Assembly (NCBI RefSeq): GCF_006345805.1
Contig: NC_043022.1
Coordinates: forward strand, 12,400,001 to 12,464,000
Direction: 5' to 3'
Length of the DNA stretch: 64,000 nucleotides
DNA from: Octopus sinensis
Lineage: Eukaryota
A program made the translations under genes and the position numbers. The notes under the pieces are model-generated. The model made no database searches, had not been told where the DNA came from, and worked only from the letters and a program-made list of their open reading frames with translations. Positions 36,694 to 49,689 of the stretch are shown in pieces (position 1 is the first letter of the stretch; every line of letters begins with the position of its first letter).

Positions 36694-38374
36694 GGCACAT
36701 AACATGTGTGTGTGTGTGTGTGTGTGTAAATTGCCTCAACCCAATGAATGTCTCAGTTAATTAACTGGTTCACCTGTCAAACAAAGCGATTTCACCAACA
36801 GCTGATATTCTGTTCCTTCTCAAAACACTCCGACATTTATGGCTGAGAAGACTTGGCCCGTTGTTTTGTCTCCTTTTATTGTTGTTGTTGTTGTTGTCGT
36901 TGTTGCTGCTGTTCTGTTGTCTTGATTTTATTGTATTTAGTTAAGTATTGTTCCGGATATTGGCTGCAGCAATCTCTGTTATTCATGCAACTGTGTGTGT
37001 TAGTGTATAAACATACACGTATATATAAATATATATATATATATTTAAATATATATATATTCATGCAACTGTGTGTGTGTGTGTGTATAAACATACATGT
37101 ATATATACATAAATATATATATGTATTTGTGTGTGTGTGTATATAGGTATATAGCAATTTTTGTTTTTATGTATAGCTACACAAAACCGACATTCATTAA
37201 AGGCTGGCTCAACACACTTAAGTAGAATATAAAATTTATTTTTACAAGGAAATGGTTGTCAGAGTCTTCAAAGTTCCTCTGATTGTTAGCTTTGTCAGAT
37301 AGTTCCACAAAGCTGACAATCAATGAAACATCAAAGAGTGGTTTGATAATGTGTAGCTTTAGTCACAGATGAGACATGAAAATGCTTGGTTAGATAACTC
37401 AGGTGTAACTCTCTGTTTCTATGGTCTCTTCTCTCATTCCTCCTGGTGGAGCTCAATATGTTTTTCTATCATGTCTTCATCTCTTCCCCTGTTATGAATC
37501 CACCAGTGTAATATCTAGGTAATGATGTCTTCATCTCATGAAGGGAAATTGGTGGAGCAGATACACAAATTTGAGTGGGCAATCACACTTTCTGAAACAT
37601 CCAACAGAATTTCCTTGTCAACAACATTGAAAACCTTCAACAGATTTCCCTGCCTACAGTACTGAAAACATGTGACATTTATCAATGCAATGAACATGCT
37701 CCAATTATGGTTTTTGACTTTCTCTTGAGGCTACCATTTCATAAAGATCACATCATCTGTATGTTGGCCCATGGGGAACCCATTCTCTGATTCAAGTGTG
37801 AAGTTTTCTGATCTTATTTGACTAGTCTTTTGAACGTAACTTTGGTCAGAACTTTACAGCAAATGAACTGGCCTGTTATGCTCCTGGTATTGGAGCAAGC
37901 AGATTTCTCTCTCTCTCTCTTTCATACATGCATACACGCAGCACAACACTAAACAAATGAACCAGACTAATGCTTGACTCCATCCTAAACACACTTATGT
38001 ATATCTACAGACCAATGAAGGTGCTTCTAGCTGGTCATTTGAACTTACTTGAAATGACAACCAATATGTAGGGCTAAATACAACTTGAATATATTTGTAC
38101 ACAAGTCTGCTGAATCGGGTTTAACTGGAGCTTGATATAGCTATATGTATGTAAATTTACATACACTTAATTTCACATTCACAAACGTATCCATAAACAA
38201 ATAATTACACACATGCATACACACATACATACACACATGTAAGCTTAGCTGTCACTTGTCAGTGAGAATGGGTTGGTAGGTTGTACTATGCATTCACTAA
38301 TTGTTTTAAGTGCCTGTGTAGTCAAGGATGTGACAACTGCAGAGAGAGACGGCTGCATCCATCAGTTGGCTACG

Positions 38375-38510
38375 GCTCATTTTCAACTGAGTAGACTAGA
38401 GCAACGTGAAATGAAGTGCCTTGCTCAGGGACCTAACATGCCTTCCAGCTGAGAAATTGAGCTCATGATCTTATGATCATGAGCACAACATCCTAACTGA
38501 CCCCATACCT
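38375..38510 (-). mobile_element. Old family C SINE 5' fragment
   Basis: agcaacgtgaaatgaagtgccttgctcaggga resembles ~20078-20110. Confidence 0.7.
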
Positions 38511-38673
38511 TCACAATAATTAACAGACAGACAGGCAGATAGTTAGGTAGGTAAATAAACAGAAAGACAGAAATGTACACACACACACTGATCTCAAGCC
38601 TATTTGTGAATTGCCTATTTGTCTGCACACAAGCAACCCCAAAATTTCAAAATTACCACCCCCACAGAACCAT

Positions 38674-38898
38674 ACTCTTTACTCTTTTACTGCGGCCATG
38701 CTGGAGCACCACCTTTGACTGCGGCCATGACTGGAGCACCACCTTTAGTCAAGCAAATCGACCCTGGGACTTATTCTTTGTAAGCCCAGTACTTATTCTA
38801 TCGGTCTCTTATGCCGAACCGCTAAGTGACGGTGACGTAAACACACCAGCATCGGTTGTCAAGCAATGCTAGGGGGACAAACACAGACACACAAACAT

Positions 38899-38934
<36 letters not shown>

Positions 38935-39111
38935 ATATATATATATACATATATACGACGGGCTTCTTTCAGTTTCCGTCTACCAAATCCACTCACAAGG
39001 CTTTGGTCGGCCCGAGGCTATAGTAGAAGACACTTGCCCAAGGTGCCACGCAGTGGGACTGAACCCAGAACCATGTGGTTGGTAAGCAAGCTACTACCAC
39101 ACAGCCACTCC
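38674..39111 (-). mobile_element. SINE family A with an internal ~30-bp tandem duplication near its tail
   Basis: actgcggccatg(a)ctggagcaccaccttt occurs twice. Confidence 0.93.
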
Positions 39112-40035
39112 AGCTCCATGTATAATATTCTTCCACAACTAATACTGAAAGTCTCTGTCCTATTTATATATCAATCTATATCCCTCCCTGCATTAGGCTG
39201 TTAATTTCAATTCTAAACAATTCCTAAATCTGACACGAAATTATGCATTTCTATCCATTATTTCTTCCAATTACCTCCCTTTTCCATGGACAGTCACTCA
39301 ATCACTGTTAATAGCAAAACATTTCACACATTTTTCGCAGTGAGACGATGTCCTGCTGTGTGTATTCATCATTTATGTATTGTTATATCACTGTTTATCA
39401 TAAATGATTTCCAAATAGAATGGAGGGGTTTTTTTTCTGTTTTTGTTTGTGTTTTTCTTCTCCAGTGTGATTACATTTGCGGATAACAACTTTCAAATAC
39501 AGAATAAAAGATTTCTTATATATTTCACAACAAAGGAGTTTTTCTCTGGTGTATAATTATATGTCTTATTAAAAAAGGGAAGTGGCAGAATCTTTAGGAT
39601 ATAAGCAGGGCCAGATCAAAGAGTACTGGGTACTTTTTACATGGTACTATTACTAGTGCATTTTACGTGGCACCAGCACCCACACCAATGCTTTTTATGT
39701 GACACCTTGATTTTAGGATATCAATTCTAACTTTCTTACCATTTCCTTTCAAATTGCCAGCTTTCTGCCAATATTTGAAACCATTATTCTATGTTTTGTT
39801 TAAAGTATTGTTATAGGTGGCCAATTGCAGAGTTGTTTGAACATCGAAGAAAATGCCCCACAGTTTTTGCATTGATTCTTTATGTTCTAAGTTCAAAACC
39901 TGTGAAGGTCAACTTTGCCTTTCATCCTTTCAGAGTTCATAAAACGTGTACGAATCCAGGGTGATGGAGTGACAGAACTATAAGAATGTCAGATCACATG
40001 GTTGCAGTATTTCCAACCCTGCCAAACTGGACAAA

Positions 40036-40154
<119 letters not shown>

Positions 40155-40445
40155 GAAAAATTCAGCAGCTGGTTGATGCAATAATGTATATTATGCAAAT
40201 AAGCAGAAAATTTATGAACCTTATCACTTCAAAGCCTGTAGCTTGGATTTATAGAGATTTCATGTTTATGTGTTCATAATTTTTCCCTACTTGTTTGATG
40301 TTTATTAACATCAGTATTCCCACCCATTTTTGTAAGGCATATTATTTCATGAGTTTTTGAATTAGCTGTAAAGAACTATCTGGGAGTATTTTTAACTTGG
40401 TTGTTATTTTTATGATTATGTTTATATAATATGTAATGTAAGTGT

Positions 40446-40835
40446 GTGGAGGCGCAATGGCCTAGTGGTTAGGGCAGCGGACTCGCGGTCATAGGATTGC
40501 GGTTTCGATTCCCAGACCGGGCGTTGTGAGTGTTTATTGAGCGAAAACACCTAAAAGCTCCACGAGGCTCCGGTGGGGATGGTGGTGATCCCTGCTGTAC
40601 TCTTTCACCACGACTTTCTCTCACTCTTACTTCCTGTTTCTGTTGTACCTGTATTTCAAGGGGCTGGCCTTGTCACTCTCTGTGTCACGCTGAATCTCTC
40701 CGAGAACTACGTTAAGGGTACACGTGTCTGTGGAGTGCTCAGCCACTTACACGTTAATTTCACGAGCAGGCTGTTCCGTTGATCGGATCAACCAGAACCC
40801 TCGTTGTCGTAACTGACGGAGTGCTTCCAATGACG
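40446..40835 (+). mobile_element. SINE family D (tRNA head, 3' half shared with family C; possibly OR1-type)
   Basis: tggcctagtgg A box, ggtttcgattccc B box; TSD aatgtaagtgt (40435-40445, 40836-40846). Confidence 0.92.
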
Positions 40836-41176
40836 AATGTAAGTGTACATGTTCAACAGGGTGCCAGTGTTCTGAGAGAGAAGTTAGGCGTAAGAGGAAT
40901 TAGTTTCTGTGTGGAAGAGAGAAGACGGTGCTGGTTTGGTCATGTGATGCGAATGGATGCCAACAGCTCCATAAAGAAGTGTCGCTCTCTCAAAACAAAT
41001 GGAACTTGTGGAAATGGAAGACCCAAGAAGGCATGGGATGAAGTACTGAAGAATGACCTCAGGACACTAAACTTTTCAGGCAAGATGACAAAGGACCAGG
41101 ATGCCTGGTGCCTTGCTGTACTCAAGAAGACTTATACTCTGCAGCAGAAGTATTAAGACCAGTCCCTCTGGTGGTG
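40836..41176 (+). mobile_element. RTE-clade LINE ORF C-terminal fragment
   Basis: LREKLGVRGISFCVEERRRCWFGHVMRMD...GRPKKAWDEVLKNDL. Confidence 0.88.
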
Positions 41177-41204
41177 TAAAGCACTCATGTAAGTGTCACT
41201 CGAA

Positions 41205-41410
41205 TGGTACTTTTTACGTGCCACTGGCATGGGTGTTAATCAGGCGGTACTATCATTGGCCACGACAATGACTTCCTTTAACTCAACAGGTCTTCGCAAG
41301 CGCAGTTTATCGCCCAATGATTGGGCTGGTTATGTTGCACTGGCATAGGGCATTGTTACAGTCTCACTTGGTTTGCCGGGTCTTCTCAAGCACAGCATAT
41401 CTCCAAAGGT
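41205..41410 (-). mobile_element. RTE-clade LINE ORF end plus proximal 3'UTR, tail-to-tail with the previous element
   Basis: Minus strand LWRYAVLEKTRQTK* then ...tgccagtggcacgtaaaaagtac. Confidence 0.7.
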
Positions 41411-41605
41411 ATATATAAATAAGATAGTGGTACAAAATGTACCATCATTTACTGGAAATAGTAGATGATATATATGATGCTATAGTAAAGCCTCACTGTA
41501 TATATATATATACTGACAAACATGTTAGCAGGCAGCAAACATAAAAAAATTTCATCTTACCTGTTGGAAGAACATTAAATAAATGTACAACCCAGATGTG
41601 GATAA

Positions 41606-41677
41606 TCTAGGACCTAGGTTTTGAACTTTGCGAATTATGTTTGTTAATGTAAATTTGATTAGTTCTCATCAGCTAGA
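41606..41677 (-). ncRNA. Type-I hammerhead ribozyme motif with one core substitution
   Basis: Minus: tctag-CTGATGA-gaact..agttc-AAAA(for GAAA)-c-ctag-GTC-ctaga; perfect stems I and II, palindromic stem III acctaggt. Confidence 0.75.
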
Positions 41678-42530
41678 CAAAATCTCAAATGTCGCTACAT
41701 CAATGCCAGTATATACTCATCTGAAATGCCTTGTCGTCAACAGACCGAGAACAGTGAAAAGGTTTTCAAAGAAAGAATTATTAAATAGCACAATACAGTA
41801 ACATTGCTTCCTAGTAAAACTATCAGGTTAAAGTATAAATAAGATAGCGATACAATAATGCACTGATATTTATTGGAAATAGCAGTACATACATACATAC
41901 ACTCTCTCTCTCTCTCACACACAAACACACACACAAACAAACACACACACACACACACACATCCCACTGCAATATTCAGAAACTTATCAGAATTATGACT
42001 CATATTTATTAAACAATTGATATGCTATTTCATTTCAAGAGATTCCAACTTCCCATACACCAAAGCTTCATAGCTGTCCATCAACAAATCCCAAGATCAG
42101 ATGTTGCCTGCTGGGAAATTGCACTAATTCTCTCATGGACACAATATGTTAGATGTTTACATATGGGGAGTCAGAATAATCTTTATGTCAATAATCAAGG
42201 TGGAAATACTAAGAATGTTGCTTATTGTGAAACCTGTTGCTAACGATCCTCTATATGTATCTTGTTGGAGGTGATAACTTTTTAAAATACATACCTCGGA
42301 TCTCAATTATAAAGAAAATAAACATTATGTTTTAAAGACAACATATTTGCAGAGTTACCATGATTTTTTTTTTTTTTTTTTTTTTGAAGACATTCATCAA
42401 AAATTGCCAGCTCTTAGTCTTAGGCAACATCAGGTATCCTGCTAGTGCACAAACATGCACACAACACACACACACAGACACATGTAAGTATAGATATACA
42501 TACATATATGTGTGTATCATTTATACATGC

Positions 42531-42678
42531 ATGGCTGCAAGATAAGAAGCTTGCTTTCCAACCACAAGATTCTGGGTTCAGTCCCACTGTGTGGCACCTT
42601 GATAAGTGTCTTCTACTATAGCCTCAGGCTGACCAAAGTCTTGTGAGTGAATTTGGTAGATGGAAACTGAAAGAAGCC

Positions 42679-42741
<63 letters not shown>

Positions 42742-42890
42742 GTGAATTGAAGAAATGGAGTTGAACGAAGATTGAACAGAAATCGTTTTATTGCATTCTA
42801 CACGTGTTTCGAAAGGCTGTGATTTTTGCTACCAAGGTATCGGTTAAACTTTTAATTAATCTGCAACAAGATTATTCATCTTTCTATTTC

Positions 42891-42932
<42 letters not shown>

Positions 42933-42995
42933 CACACATATATGTGTGTGTCTTTGATTTTGTCTCCCCACTAGAACCCGACAACCAATGTTGCA
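42531..42995 (+). mobile_element. SINE family A split by a (TA)n-flanked insert (42742-42893)
   Basis: Head at 42531-42680; body resumes at ~42945 (tttgtctcccc...gacaaccaatgttg). Confidence 0.8.
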
Positions 42996-44859
42996 GCAGC
43001 AGCCCAGCACTGGTGCAGTACTCTCTCCTTCCCACAGTCACTTCCTGGATGTGCCTTTGGATCAAAAACAGGACACATACGAGAGTGCCTATGTCTGCTC
43101 AAAGTGACACAGATGCCTAAAACAATTATCAAAGCCATATTTGTCCATGGGTGATAGCTAACTTTTTACATATACATGTGTGTGTGTAATGCATCCGTTA
43201 CTTTCATGGGACACCTGAAAAGTCTTGCTGAGGTCATGTTAGAAAAGTGATGCTTATGTGGCTGTTTATACATGTATACATATATATACATATGTGTATA
43301 TATGTTTGTATACAAATACCTATGTATACAAACATTTACATACATGTACACAAATATGTTGTATGTATACATATATACATATACGCACGCACACACACAC
43401 ACACACACATCCTCATTATTCATGAAGAAAGGGATAAATCAATACCGAAGACTTAAGATTCAATCAATCAATCAATGGAAATCAATCAAAGCAGTGCAAC
43501 AACAAAACAATATAAATAGGTAAGTAGAAAGAGAGAGACCAGCTCAGTAAATAACCAATATTGATTATTTACAACAGTTTGGAATTCAGTGTGAGACAAC
43601 CATAACAGAATATTCTAGGGTGGGGGTCATGTGGACAAGTAGTGTGTGGGTAGTGTGAGATAGCATCGTGGTGATGTTGGTTGCTGTTGGGGGTGGCGTT
43701 TGTGACGAGAAGAATAAAGCTGTCCAGATTTGTTCCTTGAAATATATTTCTCAGGGGAAATAGAGGCAAAAGAATGCCAACATGTCAGTAATAATAATAA
43801 AATTGATTTGTGTATGTGTGTGTGTGTGTTTGTGTGTAGACATCTGAACAAGAGAGCATATAATTCTGAGTTACGATATAAAGCAAATAAGCCACAAATA
43901 GATTCATATATGTACATGAATATATGTATATGTATATATCTATATGTATGTATGTATATCTATCTATCTATCTGTCTCTCTCTCTCTCCATCTATTTATA
44001 TATATGTATGTACATATATATATATATATATGTATGTATGTATACACACACACACATACACACACACACACAAACACACACACACATATATATATATATA
44101 TTTATAATTAATAATAAAAGGGTAAAATTAATCAATTAAGTTAATTAATCAATCAATTTATCAATAATTTTACCAAGTAGATCGGTACGTTAGAATAACC
44201 TTTATAGGTAAAATTATACAAACATTCTATAATTATAAACATAATTATAATTAGGGTTCAGCTAATTGCTTCACCACATACCGAATTTAGAAATAGGAGT
44301 TAAACTCTTTTACTTAAAAAAGTTGTTGTTGTCATAGAGATTCTTACAGTAGTAGAAAAGGAATTTTGTTGAATTTTTGCAATTAATAAATTATATTAAT
44401 GCTACATCTCTGAGCAGGAATTAATCTTCTCTCTTCGCTCCTTTGCTCCACATGGACTCAACTCCCCTCTCCTCTCTTCATCTCACACCTACTTCTTCTC
44501 ATCACTCCTACCCACCTTTCCTCTCCTCTCTTGCCCTGACACCTACTTCCCCTCTTCACTCCTACCCACCTCCCTTTATCATTACCCTCTCTATCCACAC
44601 CCCACCCCACACATCCCACTCTCACATACCTCACCTCTACCCCACACATCCTCACCCTAAATCCACACCCCATCCTCACATCATGCCACACCACACCACA
44701 TCATGCCACCCCACACACTAGCACTGACCACTTCCCAATACCCACACCATCATCCACACACCCACACATTACAGATGCACACATTTACACACTCTCACAT
44801 ACACATGCATGTGCACCTTCTTTTTAGGATCACCAATACTTTATTATCTTCCTTTCCTG

Positions 44860-45194
44860 AATTCCTTTTTAAAGGGGGACAAAAATTCAAAATTAAATCT
44901 GACTTTACTTGTGCCTTGGAAAACCTGATGTATGTTATAAGATGCTTGGGCTGCCACCAGAATTACATAGGGTCTACAGGATTATCACTCAGATGCAGAT
45001 GCACTCTGCACCGACAGCAGATTGCATTCCCCGAATACAGAATGATATCCTTTAGTGAACACATTGAGAGATGCGGAAAACAACTTGTAATCTTTCCTTT
45101 CTATCAATGTGCTACTGGAATACCAACACAAGTTAGATTAAAAAAGGAAACCTACTTCATTGAAAAATATAAGCCAAAATTTAATCATTTCTAA
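44860..45194 (+). pseudogene. Penelope-like element GIY-YIG endonuclease domain
   Basis: DFTCALENLMYVIRCLGCHQNYIGST..LR.R...HRQQI...RLKKETYFIEKYKPKFN; no RT upstream. Confidence 0.9.
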
Positions 45195-46274
45195 CATTTT
45201 ATTCTATCAAAACCAAATCATGTTGAATTAGCAAAACCTAATCATTCCCAACATTTTTGATTATCTCCCTTATACCGAAAAAATCCCTGATTACCTTCCT
45301 CTGTTTCAAACTCTTCTATATCACACCATAACGAATAGATGACACAACATCAGTAAAGAAATTTGAGAAATTTAAAAAGAAAATGCAAAACTGGTTATTT
45401 CTCTAAAAACAATGTCACTATACACAAAATTTTATATCATATTCCTAACATGACGATTTTTAATGTATTTTTTAACCATATAATACAAATCTTGTAGTTT
45501 TTCATTCTATTTTGTTTTTATATACATCCAACCATGTGCTTTCACATATCAACTCTCTCACACACCTATATATATATACACAGCATTAGGATGTGTTTTA
45601 TATGCACTATAAACAACTAACTATATTAGAGCCCAGTATAGTTTACTGCATTAAACTCCTTAAATCCCATTTAAAATGCATATCCATGTGCATTGTTGGA
45701 AATACTGTGAAGCAGACCATAGCACTTGAACAGAGCAAAATGTATTGGAAATAACAACAGGAATATCTAAAAATATTTATCATTACAGCTGTTCCAATAA
45801 TTCCAACACCAAATCACTCTTATACGAAGTGAAAGTGCAATTGCTTTGTCACCAGGAAGTCATTTTGAAATATGAACTACAGAATTCAATTCCACTCTTA
45901 GACAGAGTGAAGATTAAAAGAAAAAGACAAAGAGAGAAAGGAGAGAGATAAAAAAAATAAAAAATGTAAAGAAAATAAAGAACCTGTAATTATTTTGTCA
46001 AACCTGCATAGATTATATATCAGTATACTTATCAAAATAAACGTTTTGTGCCGATAAGTATGCAGGTATATAATCTTTTCATGCTAGACAAGATTAGTAC
46101 TGGATTTTTGTTGTCTTTATACCTTTATTTTTAAAATCTGTCTCTATTTTATGAATCTTCATTCTGTGTAAGAGTGGAATTGAATTCTGAAGTTCATATT
46201 TCAAAATTACTTCCTGATGATATCTATGAATGAATATATTGAAATATCAAAGTTATTGTTTTCTGTTCTTCTTT

Positions 46275-46276
<2 letters not shown>

Positions 46277-46331
<55 letters not shown>

Positions 46332-46340
46332 TGTGTGTGT

Positions 46341-46383
<43 letters not shown>
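46277..46383. repeat. (GT)n microsatellite
   Basis: Seen directly. Confidence 0.95.
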
Positions 46384-46385
<2 letters not shown>

Positions 46386-47254
46386 AAAAGACTTTTGTAA
46401 AAAAATATTTCATACTGTCACAAGAAAGATTTGTTTAAAAGTTACTTATCCAGAGCACATGTGCTTGAAAAATTGAAGTTTAATATAAAGTACTATGCAT
46501 AAATTTCTTTTCCAAATGTTGGTGAAATTCTGTTCTCTAAATAATGTTTTTTTTTTAAACAGTTAATAAATGTTTTAAAAGATCTTTCTTTAAATATATA
46601 TGTGCAGTTCTATCCTCTGGACATTCTCCAGAAATTTTATTACCGTTATATAATTTTTACCAATATTTCTATATTTCTTCTCTCCTCAGAATCCCTGCTT
46701 TTCTTTCTCTCTCTCTCTCTCTCACACACACACATGCATGCATGTACACATACACACACACAATTTTTAGTTAAAACCTTCCTTCTTTGTTAAAAAAAGT
46801 TGTGCCATCCCTATATACTTTTGTTATACACTTATACACACACATCACAAACACCTTACACATTGCTCTTGCCATCTTAAATGCTTGAAAAATGCTTTTA
46901 TACTTTTACACTTGCACCTGCTCTCACTCACTTACACATTTTCAGACCACCCACCCAACAATTATACACACACACACACACACCAACACCCCCACACTCC
47001 CACTAATCAATGCCACTATACTTCCACACTTGCAGACCTCTCTACACATATATACACTACACCAACACACACATACTGCTCCCTCTATGTTTGCTTCCAG
47101 ACACAGATACACTCTTATACATGTATCTATGCACTCACACCATCCCCCTTTTTTAACTCCTCACCCTGAAACAAAGTTTTCATCTGGTTTCCAACTTTCC
47201 ACCAGTTATTTTCACTGATTATTTCTCTTTCTTATTCTCTCTATCTTTCATGTT

Positions 47255-47639
47255 GGAGGCGCAATGGCCCAGTGGTTAAGGCAGCGGACTCGCGGTCGGA
47301 GGATCGCGGTTTCGATTCCCAGACCGGGCATTGTGAGTGTTTATTGAGTGAAAACACCTAAAAGCTCCACGAGGCTCCGGCAGGGGGTGGTGGTGAACCC
47401 TGCTGTACTCTTTCACCACAACTTTCTCTCACTCTTTCTTCCTGTTTCTGTTGTACCTGTATTTCAAAGGGCCAGCCTTGTCACATTCTGTGTGTCACGC
47501 TGAATCTCCTCGAGAACTACATTAAGGGTACACGTGTCTGTGGAGTGCTCAGCCACTTGCACTTTAATATCACGAGCAAGCTGTTCCGTTGATCGTATCA
47601 GCTGGGACCCTCATCGTCGCAACCGACGGAGTGCTCCTA
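47255..47639 (+). mobile_element. SINE family D, full length
   Basis: Matches 40446-40835; TSD tatctttcatgtt (47242-47254, 47640-47652). Confidence 0.93.
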
Positions 47640-47648
47640 TATCTTTCA

Positions 47649-47688
47649 TGTTTTCTGATGAAGGACTGATGTTCAAAACATTAAGACA
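47649..47688 (+). ncRNA. Decayed minimal hammerhead motif
   Basis: tgtttt-CTGATGA-aggac-tgat-gttc-aaaacatta-agaca; restoring two CpG transitions gives cGAAAcgTTA. Confidence 0.55.
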
Positions 47689-48394
47689 CATTCTCTTTTC
47701 ATTAAAGTGTTTAACTAATGCCTTAATTGTCATACTGTTCTTCCTATATTGGCCTGTTTATTGCTCATTGTACTTAGACTATTTTACACTGCATATATGT
47801 GCATGTGAGTGCATGTGAGTGCATGTGAGTATGTGTGTGCCTACCACATGTACAGAAACTACCTATGTGTATATAGTTCCCAAACATTAACCCCTCTATT
47901 CCACCACAATATGGTCCTCTGGTCTGAGTACCCTGTCTAATCACCAAAACTACTAAACACACATTGCATCCAACTTATAAAAATATTTTATCATATTAAT
48001 TAAAATGCCAGCTTAAGTTGTCTTGGCTTCAATTACCTTCTCTCATCGCTGAAATAAACCAATTGATTTTGTCGCTCGTCATCATTTTGGACAGTTATTC
48101 ATATTGCCTGGACAAACAGAATTTTGATATCTTTGTTGTTAAGCTGTAATTATTGACAGTGAATATGGTCGGGGAGAAATGTAATCAGATATAACTGAAC
48201 ACAACTGGATGTAATCAGATGGAAGCAGATGCAAATGGATTCATTCAAAACAACTGGACAGTATTGGCTTAGAAATATTTTACAAACCATGTTGTTTGGG
48301 TCAAACCAGTTTTGTTGTTGGCAACCCATCACTAAAATACTGTACTATATTTATATCTCTATCATTTTTGTATATATATTATCTGAAGTGTATG

Positions 48395-48483
48395 GCCAAT
48401 CTTATCAATTGGTTTCATGCTAGGGATTCAACAGTGTTAGGTAACAATCTGATTATGTAACCCTGCATTCATCAGAGGTTGCC
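48395..48483 (-). ncRNA. Type-I hammerhead ribozyme motif with intact core, Penelope-associated
   Basis: Minus: ggcaacct-CTGATGA-atgcaggg..ccctagcat-GAAA-ccaattg-ATA-agattggc. Confidence 0.75.
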
Positions 48484-49004
48484 AACATGGAATGAAATAT
48501 GGCAACTGCTCTCTAGTGCTGGAGGTGAATTGGCACATCTAGTTTGTGGTTGCTGTGAAAAAGATGAGACAAAACATGTAGGGGATTGAGTTGAGAGTTA
48601 TGTCCCTTGGTACCAAAACATCGCACTTAGGGTAGTTACGTTGCAAGTTGGTAAGAGTTTTCTGGAAGTGTTTGTGGGAAATGTGTGTGTCCTTAAAGTT
48701 TGTATTCTTGTGGAAACGGAATTTGTGTAGTGGTACTTAAATGTATATCTTTTGCAGGGGATGTGGGCATACACATCTGTGCTTGTTAGTGATTTCTTTC
48801 TTTTATGTATTAGTTAAGTTCATGGGGCCTTTATGTGTGCATGCAGTGTATGTAGGAGTACAATGTCTGTGGGCGTTTATATTGGGGGATGGGGGTGGAA
48901 AACAGTCTATTGGGAGAGTGTCTGCTGCATTGGGGCATGCATGTTTGTTTGTGGGTGCATTAGTGTATGCTTTGGTCAAACTCTTTGCCGAACTCCAGGG
49001 TAAA

Positions 49005-49238
49005 GGCGGCGAGCTGGCAGAAACGTTAGCGTGCCAGGCGAAATGCTTAGCGGTATTTCGTCTGTCGCAACGTTCTGAGTTCAAATTCCGCCAAGGTTGA
49101 CTTTGCCTTTCATCCTTTCGGGGTCGATTAAATAAGTACCAGTTTTGCACTGGGGTCGATGTAATCGACTTAATACCTATGTCTGTCCTTGTTTGTCCCC
49201 TCTATGTTTAGCCCCTTGTGGGTAATAAAGAAATAGGT
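49005..49238 (+). mobile_element. SINE family B, full length
   Basis: Complete head, body and tail. Confidence 0.93.
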
Positions 49239-49299
49239 ATTAGTGGAGAGTTGAAGTTGGGGGTCTGGCGATTATAGTCATGATTGGTCATGCAGGTAT

Positions 49300-49685
49300 G
49301 ACAGGATGTACTTCCTTTCATGTTAGCAAGGATAACAAATTTCACTTCTGCTATTCAGGTAAATGCCTGGGTGCTGGGTGCTCTTTAAAACTGCTCTTTT
49401 CTCAGCCAGGCATAAACTGCACTTCCTGCTGCTATTGAAGTATGGTTTACACTTCTCTTGGATCTTTCACTTTATGCTGTACTTGGTGGCACTTTCTTTC
49501 AAAGACCAAATGTACTTGGCCCGGGTTGTGGCATTATGTCTCTGCGGGATGTTGAAGGAGGACCTGTGGTTGTTATAGCAGGTTCTGAAGGGGCCTTCAG
49601 TTGCTCCCACATACTTTCACACATTTGATTGCCCATTTGGTCCTATGGCTGTTACCTCTGCCTTGTATATGACGGACTCCATCAC
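49300..49685 (-). pseudogene. Penelope-like GIY-YIG endonuclease remnant (second family)
   Basis: Minus: ESVIYKAEV...KYVGATEGPFRTCYNNHRSSF...AKYIWSLK...CSLCLAEK...LNSRSEICYPC*H. Confidence 0.85.
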
Positions 49686-49689
49686 ACAG

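Noticed and set aside
44703-45194. Possible domesticated GIY-YIG gene
   Set aside because: The N-terminus is low-complexity AC-rich sequence and there is no RT; better explained as a truncated Penelope copy.
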